From Elusimicrobiota bacterium (GTDB taxonomy: Bacteria; Elusimicrobiota; Elusimicrobia; UBA1565; UBA9628), in contig DAHVNA010000004.1 of assembly GCA_027319565.1 (NCBI GenBank), positions 25,522 to 89,521 of the forward strand: a stretch of DNA of 64,000 nucleotides, read 5' to 3'. This document shows, one piece after another, positions 62,261-64,000 of the stretch. How positions within the stretch are numbered: the stretch's first letter is position 1; each line of letters begins with the position of its first letter. The notes beneath the pieces are model-generated. The model had not been told where the DNA came from. It ran no database searches and saw only the letters and a program-made list of their open reading frames with translations. The position numbers and the translations under genes are program-made.

Positions 62261-64000
62261 TTACTTGCCGAAGAGCCCGTTGATGAGGCCCTTGGCCGGC
62301 CCGAGCAAAAGATCCGCTAAATCGACGTGAACCTTGGGCTTGTTGAATTTTCCTTTGACTGAAATTTTCATCGGCGCGATGTTGGCGACTTGGGCAATGA
62401 TATGCATGTCCAGGTTTTGCCTGGGAATGTCGATTTTTCCTTTCGCGCTGACATTGGCCGCGTCGCTGTAGACATGGCTTTCGTTGACCAGCATGATGCC
62501 ATTGGCGAAATTGTAATCTCCGGCCAATTCCTGGAAGGTGATATTATTGAAATTGGGGAAAAGCCGAATTCCGCCAAAACTGGTGATTTTTTGGATGGCA
62601 ATCAGAGGAGAAGCCAGGATTTTTATCAAAATAGATTTATCCACCATCGTTCCCAAATCCTTCATTTTTCCGTGATTGGCCAGGATATGGGCATGGCCGG
62701 TCATGGTTTTTAAGTCCGGAGTAATTCCTTGAACGTTCCAGGTGACGCGAACGCCGTCGGCGCGAAATTTAGGATGAGTCATCTGGTCGATGTTTAATAT
62801 TCCCTTGGAATCGATGGGGTTCCGAGGGCTTTTATGCGCGGGTAAAGAGGTTTTAGACTGGCTTGGAGATTCCTTGAAAGACGATATGGTTTTGATAAAG
62901 CGGTCTCTGGCCGCGAAAAAATGATCGAGGTTGAATTTTGAAAGATCGATTTCCGCGTCGATAAAAGGTCGTTGGGCGTAATTTTTGATGGTTAGATCAA
63001 TATGGGTTTTGGAACCGTCAAATGAACCGTAGATGTCTGGGGCGTCGATTCTATTCTCGCTAAAAGACACTATTCCGGAAAAATGAGACAGGTCAAAGCC
63101 GAGATCGCCCATCCCTAGGTTTTTAAATTTGAGTTTCCCTTCGAGAATTGGATTTTTAACCGGTCCGGAAGCCGCCACGGCAAAAAAACCATGGCCGACC
63201 AGTTTGAGCTTCCGGGTGTTTGGAAAAATAGGGGTCAGTTCCGGCAGGTCAAAGGAGGGACACTTGACTAGAATTTTTAAAGAGGGGTGAGCGCTCTGGA
63301 TGTCGAGGAATTCGCTCTTTGAAAGTTCAATAGCGTTGCGCTTAAAGGATACGGCGAGCTGTTTAACGCGGATATTTCTTTGCCCGATATAAAAACTTCC
63401 GTCCCAGCGCGAGGGGGGAAAGCGAATTCCCGGGGGAAATTGATGAAACGGCAAATCCGAGGACTCAAAGGCCGGCAAGTTGATGGCGGCGCTCACCATG
63501 AGATGCGGCTGGGGTTTTGGCGAGGCGAAATCAGAGACCGGTCCTGAAAAGCTCAGCGCTCCATAATGGGTTGAGACTTTCGCTTGATAAAAAGTGAGCA
63601 GGTTTTTTTTGAGATTAAGCCTGGCCTCAATATGAGTTGCGGGAATGACTAATTCTTTTGACAGCTTGGCCCAAGAAATCTCTTCTGATCTTAAGCGTGG
63701 AAATTTTAGATCCGTTGTGATATCAAGATTGGGAAGAGGGGTTTTGGAAAAAACGTTTTGAACGCTGCCCTCAACGGAGAGAATGCCCGGAGCGGCTTGA
63801 ATGGTTGAAGAACTCAGTTTGAGGGTTTGGCGATTCAGCGATGCCTGTCCTTTGATTTTGAGCGCCGGGATGGGAAGTTTTGCTGGGAGAGAGGCAAAGA
63901 AAATGTCTTGGCCGACGAGTTTAGGAGTTTGAATCGACCAGGCAATCCTTAGGTGGGGCTGGGGGCTCATCGAAAAATTCTCGACAGTTCCCGACAGCCT
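62261..64000 (-). CDS. AsmA-family protein, 5' end outside the window
   Basis: Repetitive beta-taco-like strands, C-terminal AKGKIDI...ISVKGKFNKP; frame stays open past 63970 to the edge. Confidence 0.8.
   Translation of the reverse strand, partial: RLSGTVENFSMSPQPHLRIAWSIQTPKLVGQDIFFASLPAKLPIPALKIKGQASLNRQTLKLSSSTIQAAPGILSVEGSVQNVFSKTPLPNLDITTDLKFPRLRSEEISWAKLSKELVIPATHIEARLNLKKNLLTFYQAKVSTHYGALSFSGPVSDFASPKPQPHLMVSAAINLPAFESSDLPFHQFPPGIRFPPSRWDGSFYIGQRNIRVKQLAVSFKRNAIELSKSEFLDIQSAHPSLKILVKCPSFDLPELTPIFPNTRKLKLVGHGFFAVAASGPVKNPILEGKLKFKNLGMGDLGFDLSHFSGIVSFSENRIDAPDIYGSFDGSKTHIDLTIKNYAQRPFIDAEIDLSKFNLDHFFAARDRFIKTISSFKESPSQSKTSLPAHKSPRNPIDSKGILNIDQMTHPKFRADGVRVTWNVQGITPDLKTMTGHAHILANHGKMKDLGTMVDKSILIKILASPLIAIQKITSFGGIRLFPNFNNITFQELAGDYNFANGIMLVNESHVYSDAANVSAKGKIDIPRQNLDMHIIAQVANIAPMKISVKGKFNKPKVHVDLADLLLGPAKGLINGLFGK

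Noticed and set aside
720..63468. Numerous 60-200 aa ORFs overlapping the called genes
   Set aside because: Alternate-frame or antisense shadows with no motifs or translation signals
1..64000. CRISPR array or cas genes
   Set aside because: No regularly spaced repeat-spacer series seen; the repeats found occur 2-4 times at irregular distances

Overview
A 64-kb bacterial chromosome segment from a diderm. Elusimicrobiota is my guess, inferred only from gene style. The core genes are: an orphan NarL-type regulator, htpX, iscS-mnmA, an M3 peptidase, tRNA-Ser(TGA), ruvC, yebC, two APC permeases, exbB-exbD-tonB, a hopanoid/MEP operon (shc-hpnH-hpnA-hpnG-ispA-dxs-ispH), orn, an LPP20/LpoB/COG3014 lipoprotein operon and a partial AsmA-like gene. 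Four things stand out. (1) The cusB-cusA gap holds a ~290-bp RNA-only cassette on the opposite strand. It consists of an atypical tRNA-like gene (GAC anticodon, Arg-like body) and a separately promoted and terminated ~77-nt sRNA. The sRNA is complementary to most of the tRNA 5' half and anticodon arm, and every deviation is a G.U wobble, making it a candidate RNA-RNA toxin/antitoxin or anti-tRNA system. (2) A 4659-aa secreted protein carries a long Q/N-rich helical segment, a beta-barrel-like block and what look like three tandem TolC-like protomers. (3) An accessory zone at ~27-40.8 kb, next to tRNA-Ser, has four copies of the cusA 3' end, 27-bp direct repeats and a cluster of CO2/bicarbonate-linked enzymes. 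(4) A DosR-box-like site sits at identical spacing upstream of two genes for secreted proteins. All assignments come from reading the sequence by eye; no searches were run.
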